A stretch of 59,141 nucleotides of DNA from Eubacteriales bacterium (GCA_051867975.1 JBJDZM010000023.1:1-59141); one strand, 5' to 3'. Shown: positions 47,519-56,999, counted from the stretch's first letter. Notes: generated from the letters alone by a model not told the origin. Made by a program: numbers and translations.

Positions 47519-47547
47519 ATTATATCATAAAAAATGAAAAGAATCAA
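47519..47547 (-). promoter_or_regulatory. sigma-A-like promoter of OppA-like gene
   Basis: TTGATT-17 bp-TATAAT with TG. Confidence 0.6.
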
Positions 47548-47792
47548 TAGGATTGGGAAATATAAAAACACAATCGTGATTTTGCACACAATGGATTACA
47601 CAAATTTGTGCAATCTGACATTTGATTAAGTCTTTTTCGCTCAAAAAAGCCCGAGACAGGAGATCTGCTTCTGCATGGTTTTGAAATGTAAATTTTATTT
47701 GAATTTTTCCCCGAAAAAACATTTACAGCCTGTTGGGGAAATAAAATGAAGCGAGTCATTAGTTCGAAGAGGAAAAGGAGGGGGAGAGATAA

Positions 47793-48899
47793 ATGGAGGA
47801 CAAAAAGAAAAATGAAGTCGGTGAGCGGCGCGAGAGCAATGTTTTGTTCGAGCCTGTCGAACCGTTGTTTCCGGATCTTGTGCCGAGACCGAGAAGATTT
47901 TTGCCGAGAATTATTGCGTTGGCATTGTTTGCCTTGACGGTTGCCGCAGTTTGGGCGGTGGTTGCGTCGGGAGAAGACGAAGGTGATATCCTCGGTTCGG
48001 ACGAGGGCTATCGCGAAAGCTCGCCGAACGAAAGCATTTATGAAAGTGAGCCATCCGAGGAAACGAGCGAAGGCGAAGCTGACGGCGCTGAGTCGGACAG
48101 ACATGAGAATGAAAGCATGGAAAGCGGAAAGGACACCAAGACGGATGTCGGCGGAGAGCATGAAAGTACAGAGATTATTGAGTCGGCAAGCATCAAAGAA
48201 GTAGACCTCTCGCAAATAGAAAAGGGAGACAAATACATAATAAACTACACCTCAAAGACACCGGATATCTCCGGGCTTATAGACCGAGGATTTATTGATT
48301 GCGAAAAAACGGGAGAAGCGGCTCCGGTCGTTATGGTCATACATACCCACACGTCCGAAACATATCTCGGCGGTGAAAATTCGTTTTTCGGGGGAGTTGC
48401 CTCCGCAGGAGACGTGCTTGTTCAAAGGCTGAACAGGCTCGGACTCAGCACCCTGCATTGTACGGTGATACACGACGGCGATGATAAAAACGCATACCTG
48501 AACGCCCGGGATACTATCAAAACGATGCTTGAAATCTACCCGAGCATAAAATACATTATCGATCTGCACCGACTCAAACTTGAAGCCGACGGAGAAATTA
48601 TAAAAACGGTTTCCGGTAGCCCTGACGGCTCGGCACAGATAAGGCTGACGGCAAGCGCAGGCTCGGGGGATAGATGGCAGGAGAATCTATCACTCGCGCT
48701 CGCTTTGAAGAGTAGCCTTAACCGCGGAGGAGAACACGTGTGCATGCCGGCGGTGCTTTCTCAAAGCACATATAACAGCGACCTTGCGGAGTATTATATA
48801 ATGGTAGATATCGGATCGAGCGGAAACGCTGTCGATGAGGCGAAGGCGGCGGCGAAAAGACTTGCGGATGCGCTTGCCGATGTTCTGCTTGAAAAGTAA
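47793..48899 (+). CDS. spoIIP: Stage II sporulation protein P-like
   Basis: TM, acidic linker, IHTHTSETY, YPSI...IDLHR, W.ENL.LA, YN.DL. Confidence 0.8.
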   Translation: MEDKKKNEVGERRESNVLFEPVEPLFPDLVPRPRRFLPRIIALALFALTVAAVWAVVASGEDEGDILGSDEGYRESSPNESIYESEPSEETSEGEADGAESDRHENESMESGKDTKTDVGGEHESTEIIESASIKEVDLSQIEKGDKYIINYTSKTPDISGLIDRGFIDCEKTGEAAPVVMVIHTHTSETYLGGENSFFGGVASAGDVLVQRLNRLGLSTLHCTVIHDGDDKNAYLNARDTIKTMLEIYPSIKYIIDLHRLKLEADGEIIKTVSGSPDGSAQIRLTASAGSGDRWQENLSLALALKSSLNRGGEHVCMPAVLSQSTYNSDLAEYYIMVDIGSSGNAVDEAKAAAKRLADALADVLLEK

Positions 48900-48946
48900 G
48901 GTTCGGGAAGATTTAGCAAGACACATAAATTGATTTTTTGAAAAAA

Positions 48947-48982
48947 TTCCGCGGCGGAGTCTTACCGAGAGATACCGCCGTG
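48947..48982. terminator. Probable bidirectional terminator
   Basis: CCGCGGCGG...CCGCCGTGG imperfect stem between convergent genes. Confidence 0.5.
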
Positions 48983-49006
48983 GCAGATATTTTTTTGAGA
49001 AGATGT

Positions 49007-49333
49007 TTATGCCGAAGCATCAGATTCGACTTTTTTCTTCTTTTTAAACATACTTCTTAAAATTGCGTATTCAGCAACAGAGATAAGTGCGCCGAGAACT
49101 ACTCCGCCGAACATGGGAAACGCGCCTGCTTCGATTGCACCGACAAGCCCGAAGAACGAGACAAACAGCGCGAAAACAACGGCTGTTTTTTCAAGCATTA
49201 CGGCGGCAGGGCAGGTGACCATTCCGACGATTGCGCAGATGAACGAAATAAGACCGTCACCGAAACGGCGTGTGTTTGCCTTATGTGTCCTTGCATTGTT
49301 GTTATATCTTACATTTTCAAAATAAGCATTCAT
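49007..49333 (-). CDS. Small hypothetical membrane protein (108 aa)
   Basis: GGGAGG RBS before ATG 49333; 2-3 TM segments; Lys-rich tail. Confidence 0.7.
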   Translation of the reverse strand: MNAYFENVRYNNNARTHKANTRRFGDGLISFICAIVGMVTCPAAVMLEKTAVVFALFVSFFGLVGAIEAGAFPMFGGVVLGALISVAEYAILRSMFKKKKKVESDASA

Positions 49334-49420
49334 AAAAACCTCCCGATTATATAAGCTGATTTTTTCTCGTTTGAGAAAAATAATGCTCGAAATTTGTCGT
49401 ATTTTTCCTTTTGTGACGCC

Positions 49421-49449
49421 ATTATACCACCAAAAACGGAATTTGTCAA
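49421..49449 (-). promoter_or_regulatory. Consensus sigma-A promoter
   Basis: TTGACA-17 bp-TATAAT with TG. Confidence 0.85.
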
Positions 49450-49510
49450 CGCTTTTTGAAAAATTTTTTGAAAAATAATTCAAATTTCGGAAAACATTTT
49501 AAAAAACCTC

Positions 49511-49539
49511 TTTACAAATCGGAAAAACCGTGGTATAAT
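49511..49539 (+). promoter_or_regulatory. sigma-A promoter of XRE/S24 repressor
   Basis: TTTACA-17 bp-TATAAT with TG. Confidence 0.8.
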
Positions 49540-49618
49540 AATTCCGTAAAAAGAAAAATAGTAAAATGTGCGTTTGTGGAATTTTACGGAATAATTATAA
49601 ATGAAAGGTGTTTTGAAG

Positions 49619-50416
49619 ATGGAATACACATACATCGACAGGATAAAAAAGATAAAAAGCGAAAAGAAGATAACCAACGACCGTCTCTCCGAGATGACCG
49701 AGATACCGCTTGGCACGCTCTCGAAAATTCTGGCGGGCATCAGCGATTCGCCAAAACTCTCAAACATCGTCGCGATCTGCGCGGCTCTTGAATGTTCGGT
49801 AGACTATATCCTCACGGGTATCCCAGAAAACACGAACAATTATACCTTGACCGAAAAAGAGATAGATATGATTGAGGACTATCGCAAGCTCGACGCGCAC
49901 AGCCGTGAGCTTGTGTCAATGGTCATATCAAAGGAGTCCGAGCGTGAGGTCGGCGTATACAATAATGATAGATTCTCGGGACACAAAGGTGCGGGAAGGG
50001 GAGCTGTCATACGCGGAAACGCCATGAAGAGTGCTGTCGGACTCTCTCGCAGGAGCATTGACCTTTATGACCTGCCCGTTTCCGCGGGAACCGGAGTCTA
50101 CCTCTCTGAGACCGAATCTACGACGATAAGTATCCCTGACAACCGCGAGACTGCCGAGGCGGATTTTGCGCTTCGCATCAAGGGCAACAGTATGGAGCCG
50201 AAATATCATGACGGCGATATTGTCTTGGTTGAGGAGTGCGATGCGGTCGAGCAGGGCGAACTTGGTATATTCATTCTTGACGGCGACGGATATTTCAAAA
50301 AGTTCGGCGGTGACAGGCTTATTTCTCTCAATCCTGAGTACTCTGACATAATGCTCAAGAACTTCGGCGAGGTGGCTTGCTGCGGCAGAGTCGTAGGCAA
50401 ACTTAAGAGAAAATAA
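49619..50416 (+). CDS. XRE HTH + S24 autopeptidase repressor (CI/LexA-like)
   Basis: N-terminal HTH; PVSAGTG (Ala-Gly site), GNSMEP (Ser), YFKK (Lys). Confidence 0.9.
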   Translation: MEYTYIDRIKKIKSEKKITNDRLSEMTEIPLGTLSKILAGISDSPKLSNIVAICAALECSVDYILTGIPENTNNYTLTEKEIDMIEDYRKLDAHSRELVSMVISKESEREVGVYNNDRFSGHKGAGRGAVIRGNAMKSAVGLSRRSIDLYDLPVSAGTGVYLSETESTTISIPDNRETAEADFALRIKGNSMEPKYHDGDIVLVEECDAVEQGELGIFILDGDGYFKKFGGDRLISLNPEYSDIMLKNFGEVACCGRVVGKLKRK

Positions 50417-50518
50417 TCGACAAAAAACAACAATAAATTGATTAAACAACAAAAAGTTTATTTTTGTGACCGATTGAGGAATCCGTACATTTACGGTCAA
50501 AAAACTTTTGAAAACCAC

Positions 50519-50547
50519 TTGACAAAAATGGTTTTATACATTATAAT
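50519..50547 (+). promoter_or_regulatory. sigma-A promoter of leuS
   Basis: TTGACA-17 bp-TATAAT. Confidence 0.85.
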
Positions 50548-50562
50548 ATTAGCGTTGTTTTC

Positions 50563-50806
50563 AAATGCGTTGAAGAGGACAGAGAATATATGCGTGCGCA
50601 AAGAGAGATGTCGGGCGGTGCGAGACATTCGGCGCTTTATTCTTACTCCCCTCGGAGCAGTCTTTCCGAAGCACGATTCGGTGTTGTAAGGAAGAACGGT
50701 CAGCTGCCGTTATAAGCCGGAGCGGCGTTTTATGCGCAATTTGAGTGGTACCGCGGAAGATATATGCTTTCGTCTCAATTTTGAGGCGAAAGCTTTTTGT
50801 TTTTTG
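50563..50806 (+). ncRNA. Leucine T-box riboswitch
   Basis: AGAGA and GGTGCGA stem-I motifs, probable CUU specifier at 50642, AATTTGAGTGGTACCGCG at 50738, terminator 50766-50806. Confidence 0.9.
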
Positions 50807-50913
50807 CGGTATGCGCAATATGCATCCAAAACTTTTCGCCCGCAGGTCTGCTCTATGAGCGAAAATATAATTGAATTATTACTTGCCGAACACACGGCAG
50901 AAAGGATCTATAA

Positions 50914-53349
50914 ATGAAATACGACCATTTATCAGTTGAAAAAAAGTGGCAGGAATATTGGGAGAAAAATGAGACCTTCAAGACCGACGTCTGGGATTTT
51001 TCAAAGCCCAAATTTTACGCGCTTGATATGTTCCCGTATCCGTCCGGAGTGGGACTGCACGCAGGTCACCCCGAGGGATATACCGCCACCGATATAGTTT
51101 CGAGAATGAAGAGAATGCAGGGCTATAATGTTCTTCACCCCATGGGATACGACTCCTTCGGACTTCCTGCAGAGCAGTATGCCGTAACTACGGGAAATCA
51201 CCCCAACGGATTTACGCAGAAAAATATCGCAACCTTTTCAAAACAGCTCAAGGAGCTTGGTTTTGACTACGATTGGAGCAAGATGATAGCTACCAGCGAC
51301 CCGGATTTCTATAAGTGGACTCAGTGGATATTCAAGCAGCTTTATCTTGACGGCTACGCTCAGTATATCGATATGCCGGTGAATTGGTGCGAGGAGCTCG
51401 GAACCGTGCTTTCAAACGACGAGGTCATCGACGGTAAGTCGGAGCGAGGCGGATATCCCGTCGTAAGAAAGAACATGAAGCAGTGGGTAATCAATCAGCC
51501 TGCGTTTGCAGAGGAGCTTTTAGAGGGACTTGACGAGGTAGATTGGCCCGAGTCGACGAAGCTGATGCAGAAGAATTGGATAGGCAAATCTACGGGCGTT
51601 GAGGTCAAATTCAGCATCGTCGGCGGCGGAGAATTTTCCATTTTTACAACTTGCATAGAGACGATATACGGTATCACCTTTATGGTCTTGGCTCCCGACG
51701 GTGACATCGTCAAAGAACTCATGCCGAGAATTCAAAACAGGAATGAGGTTCAAGCGTATATCGACGAGACACTTAAGAAGAACGATATGGACAGAACCGA
51801 GCTTAACAAAACGAAGTCGGGTTGTGAGCTTAAGGGTGTCACCTGTATTAACCCCGTAAACGGTAAGGAAGTCAGAATGTTTATCGGTGATTTCGTTCTT
51901 GCAAACTACGGAACGGGTGCAGTCATGGCTGTTCCTTCGCACGACCAGCGTGACTTTGAATATGCAGTTGCCCACAATATAGACATGATTCAGGTAATCG
52001 ACGGCGACGAGAAGCTCGGCCATGTTGACGTCTCCGAGAAGGCATTTGAGAAGGGCGAGTATCTCGGACGCGGATATAGACTCGTAAACTCCGAGGAATT
52101 TTCGGGACTTACCGTTGAGGAAGCAAAAGAGGCAATCACGCAGAAGCTTGAAAAAATCGGCGTCGCAAAGAGAACTGTAAACTATCACTTCAGAGAGTGG
52201 ATATTTGCAAGACAGCGCTATTGGGGCGAGCCTGTTCCCGTGGTGCACTGCGACGACGGCTCTATCCACGTACTTGACGACGACGAGCTGCCTCTGATCC
52301 TGCCCGAGCTTGAAAATTACAAGGGCGTCAACGGAAAGGCTCCTCTTGAAAATGCCGAAGAGTGGAAGAAGTACGACAAAAACGGTGTCAAGGGAACGAG
52401 AGAGACCTCTACGATGCCGGGTTCGGCAGGCTCCAGCTGGTACTTTTTGCGCTATATAGACCCCCACAACAACGACGAGTTTGCAAATCAGGAGCTTCTC
52501 AAGCATTGGATGCCTGTTGACCTCTATATCGGCGGTCCCGAACACGCGGTAGGACACCTCATGTATTCCAGAATTTGGAACAGATACCTTTACAATAAGG
52601 GCTTGGCTCCGACTAAAGAGCCTTTCAAAAAGCTCGTGCATCAGGGTATGATCCTCGGCGCGAACGGAATAAAGATGGGCAAGCGTTTCCCCGAATTTGT
52701 CGTAAATCCCAGCGAGGTAGTCCGCGAATACGGTGCTGATACTCTCCGTCTTTACGAGATGTTCATGGGTCCTCTTGAAGTTTCAAAGCCTTGGAGCGAC
52801 GCGGGCGTTGAGGGCGCAAGACGATTCCTAAACCGTGTTTGGGCGTTCTTTACAGAACCCGGAAACATCGTTGACGGTGACGTTCCCGCTCTTGATAAAA
52901 TATACCATAAGAGTGTCAAGAAGATCACAGATGACTTTGAGAAGCTCGCCTTCAATACCGCCATCTCGCAGATGATGATATTCGTAAACGCGGTCTACAA
53001 AGAGGGTAAATGTCCAAGAGCTTACGCGGAGGGACTTATCAAGATGCTCTCCTGCATCTGTCCTCATATCGGCGAGGAGATCTGGTCGATACTCGGACAC
53101 GATAACACTATCGCCTATGAAAGCTGGCCTGTATATGATGAGTCAAAGACCGCAGACGACACAGTTGAGGTAATCGTTCAGATAAACGGCAAGCTCAAAG
53201 GAAAGGTAAATGCTCCCGTCGATATGGACAAGGAAGAGCTGCTTGCACTTGCTAAGACCGACGAGAAGGTCGCCTCGGCAATTGAAGGCAAGACGGTTGT
53301 AAAGGAAATCGTGATCCCGAACAAAATCGTAAACATCGTTGTAAAATAA
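50914..53349 (+). CDS. leuS: Leucine--tRNA ligase
   Basis: MFPYPSG.GLHAGH, RQRYWGEP, GGPEHA, KMGKR. Confidence 0.97.
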   Translation: MKYDHLSVEKKWQEYWEKNETFKTDVWDFSKPKFYALDMFPYPSGVGLHAGHPEGYTATDIVSRMKRMQGYNVLHPMGYDSFGLPAEQYAVTTGNHPNGFTQKNIATFSKQLKELGFDYDWSKMIATSDPDFYKWTQWIFKQLYLDGYAQYIDMPVNWCEELGTVLSNDEVIDGKSERGGYPVVRKNMKQWVINQPAFAEELLEGLDEVDWPESTKLMQKNWIGKSTGVEVKFSIVGGGEFSIFTTCIETIYGITFMVLAPDGDIVKELMPRIQNRNEVQAYIDETLKKNDMDRTELNKTKSGCELKGVTCINPVNGKEVRMFIGDFVLANYGTGAVMAVPSHDQRDFEYAVAHNIDMIQVIDGDEKLGHVDVSEKAFEKGEYLGRGYRLVNSEEFSGLTVEEAKEAITQKLEKIGVAKRTVNYHFREWIFARQRYWGEPVPVVHCDDGSIHVLDDDELPLILPELENYKGVNGKAPLENAEEWKKYDKNGVKGTRETSTMPGSAGSSWYFLRYIDPHNNDEFANQELLKHWMPVDLYIGGPEHAVGHLMYSRIWNRYLYNKGLAPTKEPFKKLVHQGMILGANGIKMGKRFPEFVVNPSEVVREYGADTLRLYEMFMGPLEVSKPWSDAGVEGARRFLNRVWAFFTEPGNIVDGDVPALDKIYHKSVKKITDDFEKLAFNTAISQMMIFVNAVYKEGKCPRAYAEGLIKMLSCICPHIGEEIWSILGHDNTIAYESWPVYDESKTADDTVEVIVQINGKLKGKVNAPVDMDKEELLALAKTDEKVASAIEGKTVVKEIVIPNKIVNIVVK

Positions 53350-53435
53350 TTTTCAAAGGTGAACTGCTATTTTAGCCGGTTTATGCGAAAAACTCAAAAA
53401 AATTTTGTGTTTTCGGAAAAAATTGTATTTTCATA

Positions 53436-53464
53436 TTGACAAAACCTAAAGAATAGTGTATAAT
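53436..53464 (+). promoter_or_regulatory. sigma-A promoter of rpsU
   Basis: TTGACA-17 bp-TATAAT. Confidence 0.85.
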
Positions 53465-53526
53465 CATAAGGTATCTGTGAGAAATTCTCACTGCAATCTT
53501 TCAAAGCGAGGGGAGGGAAAAAGAAA

Positions 53527-53703
53527 ATGGCAGAAGTTAAAGTAAAAGACGGCGAGTCTCTTGACAGTGCGCTCCGTCGTTTCAAGCGTCAGTGTGCTCG
53601 TTCGGGAATCCTTGCCGAGCTTCGTAAGAGAGAGCACTACGAAAAGCCCAGCGTAAAGCGTAAGAAGAAATCCGAGGCTGCACGCAAGAGAAAGTACAAA
53701 TAA
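53527..53703 (+). CDS. rpsU: 30S ribosomal protein S21 (below ORF-track cutoff)
   Basis: Hand translation [58 protein letters not shown]. Confidence 0.97.
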   Translation: MAEVKVKDGESLDSALRRFKRQCARSGILAELRKREHYEKPSVKRKKKSEAARKRKYK

Positions 53704-53723
53704 TTGTATTTTTTGACTATTTG

Positions 53724-53757
53724 AGAGCAGACGGTTGCGAAAGCACCGTCTGCTTTT
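53724..53757 (+). terminator. Terminator after rpsU
   Basis: AGCAGACGGT/ACCGTCTGCT + TTT. Confidence 0.7.
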
Positions 53758-53792
53758 GAATAAATATCAAATTTAGAAAAGAGGACAGTAAA

Positions 53793-54059
53793 ATGGAGTT
53801 ACTTAAGAAAATTTTTCCTTATTCATTTAAGAAATCTGAGGATGTTGCAGGTCTTGTTATCTCGATACTCCTTCACATCGTAGTTGCGATCCTGGCAGGT
53901 GCTGTTATCGGTCTTGCAACCCTTATTGTCGGCTGGATACCGGTCGTGGGCGCGATAATCGGCTGGGTGCTCGGTGTTATCGGCAGCTTGGTCGGATTGT
54001 ACGTCATTGCAGGAATCGTTATCAAGATTCTTGTTTATGCAAAGGTTATAAAGGAATAA
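53793..54059 (+). CDS. Small hypothetical membrane protein
   Basis: GAGGA RBS, two hydrophobic segments, WIPVVG turn. Confidence 0.75.
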   Translation: MELLKKIFPYSFKKSEDVAGLVISILLHIVVAILAGAVIGLATLIVGWIPVVGAIIGWVLGVIGSLVGLYVIAGIVIKILVYAKVIKE

Positions 54060-54074
54060 GAAGCAAATAATCCG

Positions 54075-54117
54075 AAAAATCTTCCGTGACAGTGCAATTT
54101 GTCACGGAAGATTTTTT
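54075..54117 (+). terminator. Intrinsic terminator
   Basis: AAAAATCTTCCGTGACA/TGTCACGGAAGATTTTT. Confidence 0.85.
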
Positions 54118-54226
54118 GTATAAAATTCAATTTATATACATTTTTGTGCATTAACGACAAAAAACATTTGTGCGTGTTGATCATATAGTGCCAATCAACA
54201 AAATTAAAGGTTTTTATGAAAAATCA

Positions 54227-54255
54227 TTGACAATTATGCGAGAAGGTGATACAAT
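54227..54255 (+). promoter_or_regulatory. sigma-A promoter of amino-acid ABC operon
   Basis: TTGACA-17 bp-TACAAT with TG. Confidence 0.75.
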
Positions 54256-54300
54256 GTACTACATCAAAAATAAATATTTATTCATTTCGGAGGCATAAAA

Positions 54301-55191
54301 ATGAAGAAAATAACAGCTATCGTTTTATCACTCATTATGGTGGTATGCGCAGTTTCGGTTTTTGCATCCTGCGATTCGTCGAATAAGGGCTATGCGGCAG
54401 GTGCGGCAGGCATGACCATCAACGCAGAGCGTATGGAAGAGGTCGATTTCTCTCACATCTATTACAGCTCAACTCTCGTAGTCGTTTCCGCTAAAGATAA
54501 GAGTTATTCGAGCGTCGCAGACCTTTCGGGTCTTAAGGTCGGCGTCCAGGAGGGCACGAGCGGTGATCTCATCATCAGCGCAGCAAAGACCGCTGACGGA
54601 CACGAATACACCGAAAAAGATGAAAATGGCAACGAGATAACAAAGACGGTTAAGGTTGACAGTGCAACAGAGGTCAAGCAGTATAAGCAGTACGCTCTGG
54701 CGCTCGCTGACCTTAAGGCAGGCAGAATCGATGCCATTCTCATGGATAAGCTTCCTGCGCAGACTATGCTTGCGGCGGCTGACGGCGCAGGTGCTTATGT
54801 TGCAATTGACGCGACAGACCTTCTGCAAGAGGATTTCGGAATCGCGCTCAAGAAGGGTGATGATAAGTTTGCCGCTATGGTAAATGCCGTTATCGACGAG
54901 TGGGTAGCGGATGGCACGATGGCAAAATATGTTGATTACTACGATGCACTTGCAAAGGGCGAGACACCCAATGCGGGCGACCTTAAGGTCAAGTGGGATT
55001 TCGGAAAGGCAACCGATGTTCTGACGGTTTACACAGAGTCGGGATTTGCTCCCTTCGAGTTCGTCATGAACAGAGAAGTTATAGGTGTTGACATCGCGAT
55101 CATGAGCGAGGTAGCCGAGAGAAACAACATGAAGGTTGTAGTTAAGGACGTTGCGTTTGACACCATCACGACCTGCGTAAAGGATAACTGA
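54301..55191 (+). CDS. Polar amino-acid ABC substrate-binding lipoprotein (family 3), apparently circularly permuted
   Basis: Lipobox FASC; AGMTI.AER..VDFS, VGVQEGT, GRIDA, EDFGIA; canonical N-terminal GFAPFEF...GVDI segment is at the C-terminus. Confidence 0.85.
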   Translation: MKKITAIVLSLIMVVCAVSVFASCDSSNKGYAAGAAGMTINAERMEEVDFSHIYYSSTLVVVSAKDKSYSSVADLSGLKVGVQEGTSGDLIISAAKTADGHEYTEKDENGNEITKTVKVDSATEVKQYKQYALALADLKAGRIDAILMDKLPAQTMLAAADGAGAYVAIDATDLLQEDFGIALKKGDDKFAAMVNAVIDEWVADGTMAKYVDYYDALAKGETPNAGDLKVKWDFGKATDVLTVYTESGFAPFEFVMNREVIGVDIAIMSEVAERNNMKVVVKDVAFDTITTCVKDN

Positions 55192-55248
55192 TTGTAAATG
55201 AAAACAGAAAGAGGGCGTAATGCGCGCCCCCTTTACTGTGTTATTAAG

Positions 55249-55365
55249 GGGATCAGCGTCAAAGTTACTTCTATTTAAAGGTGAATAAGCCTGTTTCACG
55301 CACGAATTTTGCACGGCAAAATTCGCTGATTACTATTTGTGCTGCCGCAGAGCGGCAGAATGGGG
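55249..55365 (+). repeat. Dispersed structured intergenic element, copy A
   Basis: Shares identical 23-mer CCTGTTTCACGCACGAATTTTGC and flanks with 36366-36482 (minus). Confidence 0.85.
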
Positions 55366-55371
55366 ATTAAA

Positions 55372-56130
55372 ATGGATCTGCAAGAATTCTTTTTGTCTGT
55401 ATGGACAAGATTTGACAAGGCGTTTTTAGTCGAGGACCGATGGAAATTATACCTTGAGGGACTCGGAAACACGCTTCTCATCGCCCTGATGGCGACGGTG
55501 ATCGGCGTGGTTTTGGGCATTATTTTCGCAGTAATAAACTACGTCAACAAGAAGACGGGAAAGCTCAAACCTCTTTCCGTCATTGCAAATATATACATAA
55601 CGGTCGTCCGCGGAACTCCTGTCGTGCTTCAGCTTATGATAATGTACTTCGTCGTTTTCGTATCATGGAACTTTGATGTTACAGTCGGTGGCGTGGAGCT
55701 TTTCGACAGCAGTCTGTTGATTGGCGCAATCACCTTCGGACTCAACTCTGCCGCATACGTTGCCGAGATAACGAGAGCGGGATTTGAGGCGGTCGACGAC
55801 GGTCAGCGCGAGGCGGGAAGGTCGCTCGGACTCTCAACCGCGCAGACGATGTGGTATATCATCATTCCGCAGGCAATGCGCAACAGTCTCCCGCCTCTCT
55901 TCAATGAATTTATCACTCTCGTCAAGGAGACCGCGATAGTCGGTTATCTCGGAGTTTACGACCTTGGAAAGATACCGGGACTTATTCAGTCGCGTACGTT
56001 TGACTATCTTTTCCCACTTATTATTGCCGCCGTCATGTATCTGGCGGTCGTCATGATCTTGACCGCGATTCTTCGTGTACTTGAAAAGAAACTTGCAAAG
56101 AGCGACAGGAGGCACCACCATGGAAAATAA
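55372..56130 (+). CDS. Polar amino-acid ABC permease (GlnP/HisM family)
   Basis: [39 protein letters not shown]. Confidence 0.93.
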   Translation: MDLQEFFLSVWTRFDKAFLVEDRWKLYLEGLGNTLLIALMATVIGVVLGIIFAVINYVNKKTGKLKPLSVIANIYITVVRGTPVVLQLMIMYFVVFVSWNFDVTVGGVELFDSSLLIGAITFGLNSAAYVAEITRAGFEAVDDGQREAGRSLGLSTAQTMWYIIIPQAMRNSLPPLFNEFITLVKETAIVGYLGVYDLGKIPGLIQSRTFDYLFPLIIAAVMYLAVVMILTAILRVLEKKLAKSDRRHHHGK

Positions 56131-56902
56131 AAATGAAATAAAACCTCTTATCTCTGTAAGAGAGCTTAAAAAATGTTTCGGTAAACTCACGGTGCTTGAC
56201 GGAGTCAGTACAGACATATATCCGGGTGAAAAGGTAGTAATCATAGGTCCTTCGGGCGGAGGGAAAAGTACGTTTTTGCGTTGCCTCAACTGCCTTGAGG
56301 ACCCTACGTCGGGTTCGATATTTTTTGATGACGTCGACATAGCTGACGTGAGGGTGGATATCAATATCCACCGCCAGAACATGGGGATGGTGTTCCAGCA
56401 GTTCAATCTTTTCAACAATCTGACGGTGCTTGAAAACATCATGCTCGCGCCTGAGAAGATAAAGTGGAAAAAGGCGAAAAAGGAAGGAAAGACACGCGCA
56501 GAGTTTCACGCTGAGGTCAAGGAAAACGCGCTGTCCCTGCTTCGCCGCGTGGGACTTGAAGAAAAGGCAAATGTTTATCCGTCAACCTTGTCGGGCGGAC
56601 AGAAGCAGAGAATAGCTATCGTCCGTGCGCTTGCGATGAATCCGAAGGTGATGCTTTTCGACGAGCCGACGAGCGCGCTTGACCCCGAGATGGTGGGCGA
56701 GGTTCTTGCGGTAATGAAGGAGCTTGCAGAGGACGGAATGACAATGGTCTGCGTGACGCATGAGATGGGATTCGCGCGCGAGGTTGCGGACAGAGTCCTC
56801 TTCATCGCGGACGGCAACATCTTAGAGGACGGCACGCCTGCCGAGATATTTGATTCTCCAAAACATCCGAGACTTAAACAGTTCTTAAACAGCATACGTT
56901 AA
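56120..56902 (+). CDS. Polar amino-acid ABC ATPase (GlnQ-like)
   Basis: [35 protein letters not shown]. Confidence 0.95.
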   Translation: MENKNEIKPLISVRELKKCFGKLTVLDGVSTDIYPGEKVVIIGPSGGGKSTFLRCLNCLEDPTSGSIFFDDVDIADVRVDINIHRQNMGMVFQQFNLFNNLTVLENIMLAPEKIKWKKAKKEGKTRAEFHAEVKENALSLLRRVGLEEKANVYPSTLSGGQKQRIAIVRALAMNPKVMLFDEPTSALDPEMVGEVLAVMKELAEDGMTMVCVTHEMGFAREVADRVLFIADGNILEDGTPAEIFDSPKHPRLKQFLNSIR

Positions 56903-56914
56903 ATACAAATGATT

Positions 56915-56947
56915 TCCGACCGCTTATGAGCTTCATAGGCGGTCGGA
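56915..56947. terminator. Terminator-like hairpin between convergent genes
   Basis: TCCGACCGCTTATGA/TCATAGGCGGTCGGA. Confidence 0.7.
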
Positions 56948-56999
56948 CGCTTTGCAGGAAGTATTTAGTTTCTATTGTCGTTTATCTTTTTTTGCAAGG

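Noticed and set aside
49619-50416. Prophage or ICE at the XRE/S24 gene
   Set aside because: No integrase, att repeat or structural genes; flanked by spoIIP and leuS.
51520-52641. 373-aa minus-strand ORF
   Set aside because: Antisense shadow of leuS; the same applies to 18348-19277, 22933-23799, 26605-27372, 37953-38720 and 54469-55314.
50914-53349. LeuRS HAGH/KMGKR motif variants
   Set aside because: Within normal class I synthetase variation; gene is otherwise intact.
54115-54142. ARG-box-like TGTATAAAATTCA upstream of the amino-acid ABC operon
   Set aside because: One base short of consensus, overlaps a terminator tail and is far from the promoter; substrate left unassigned.
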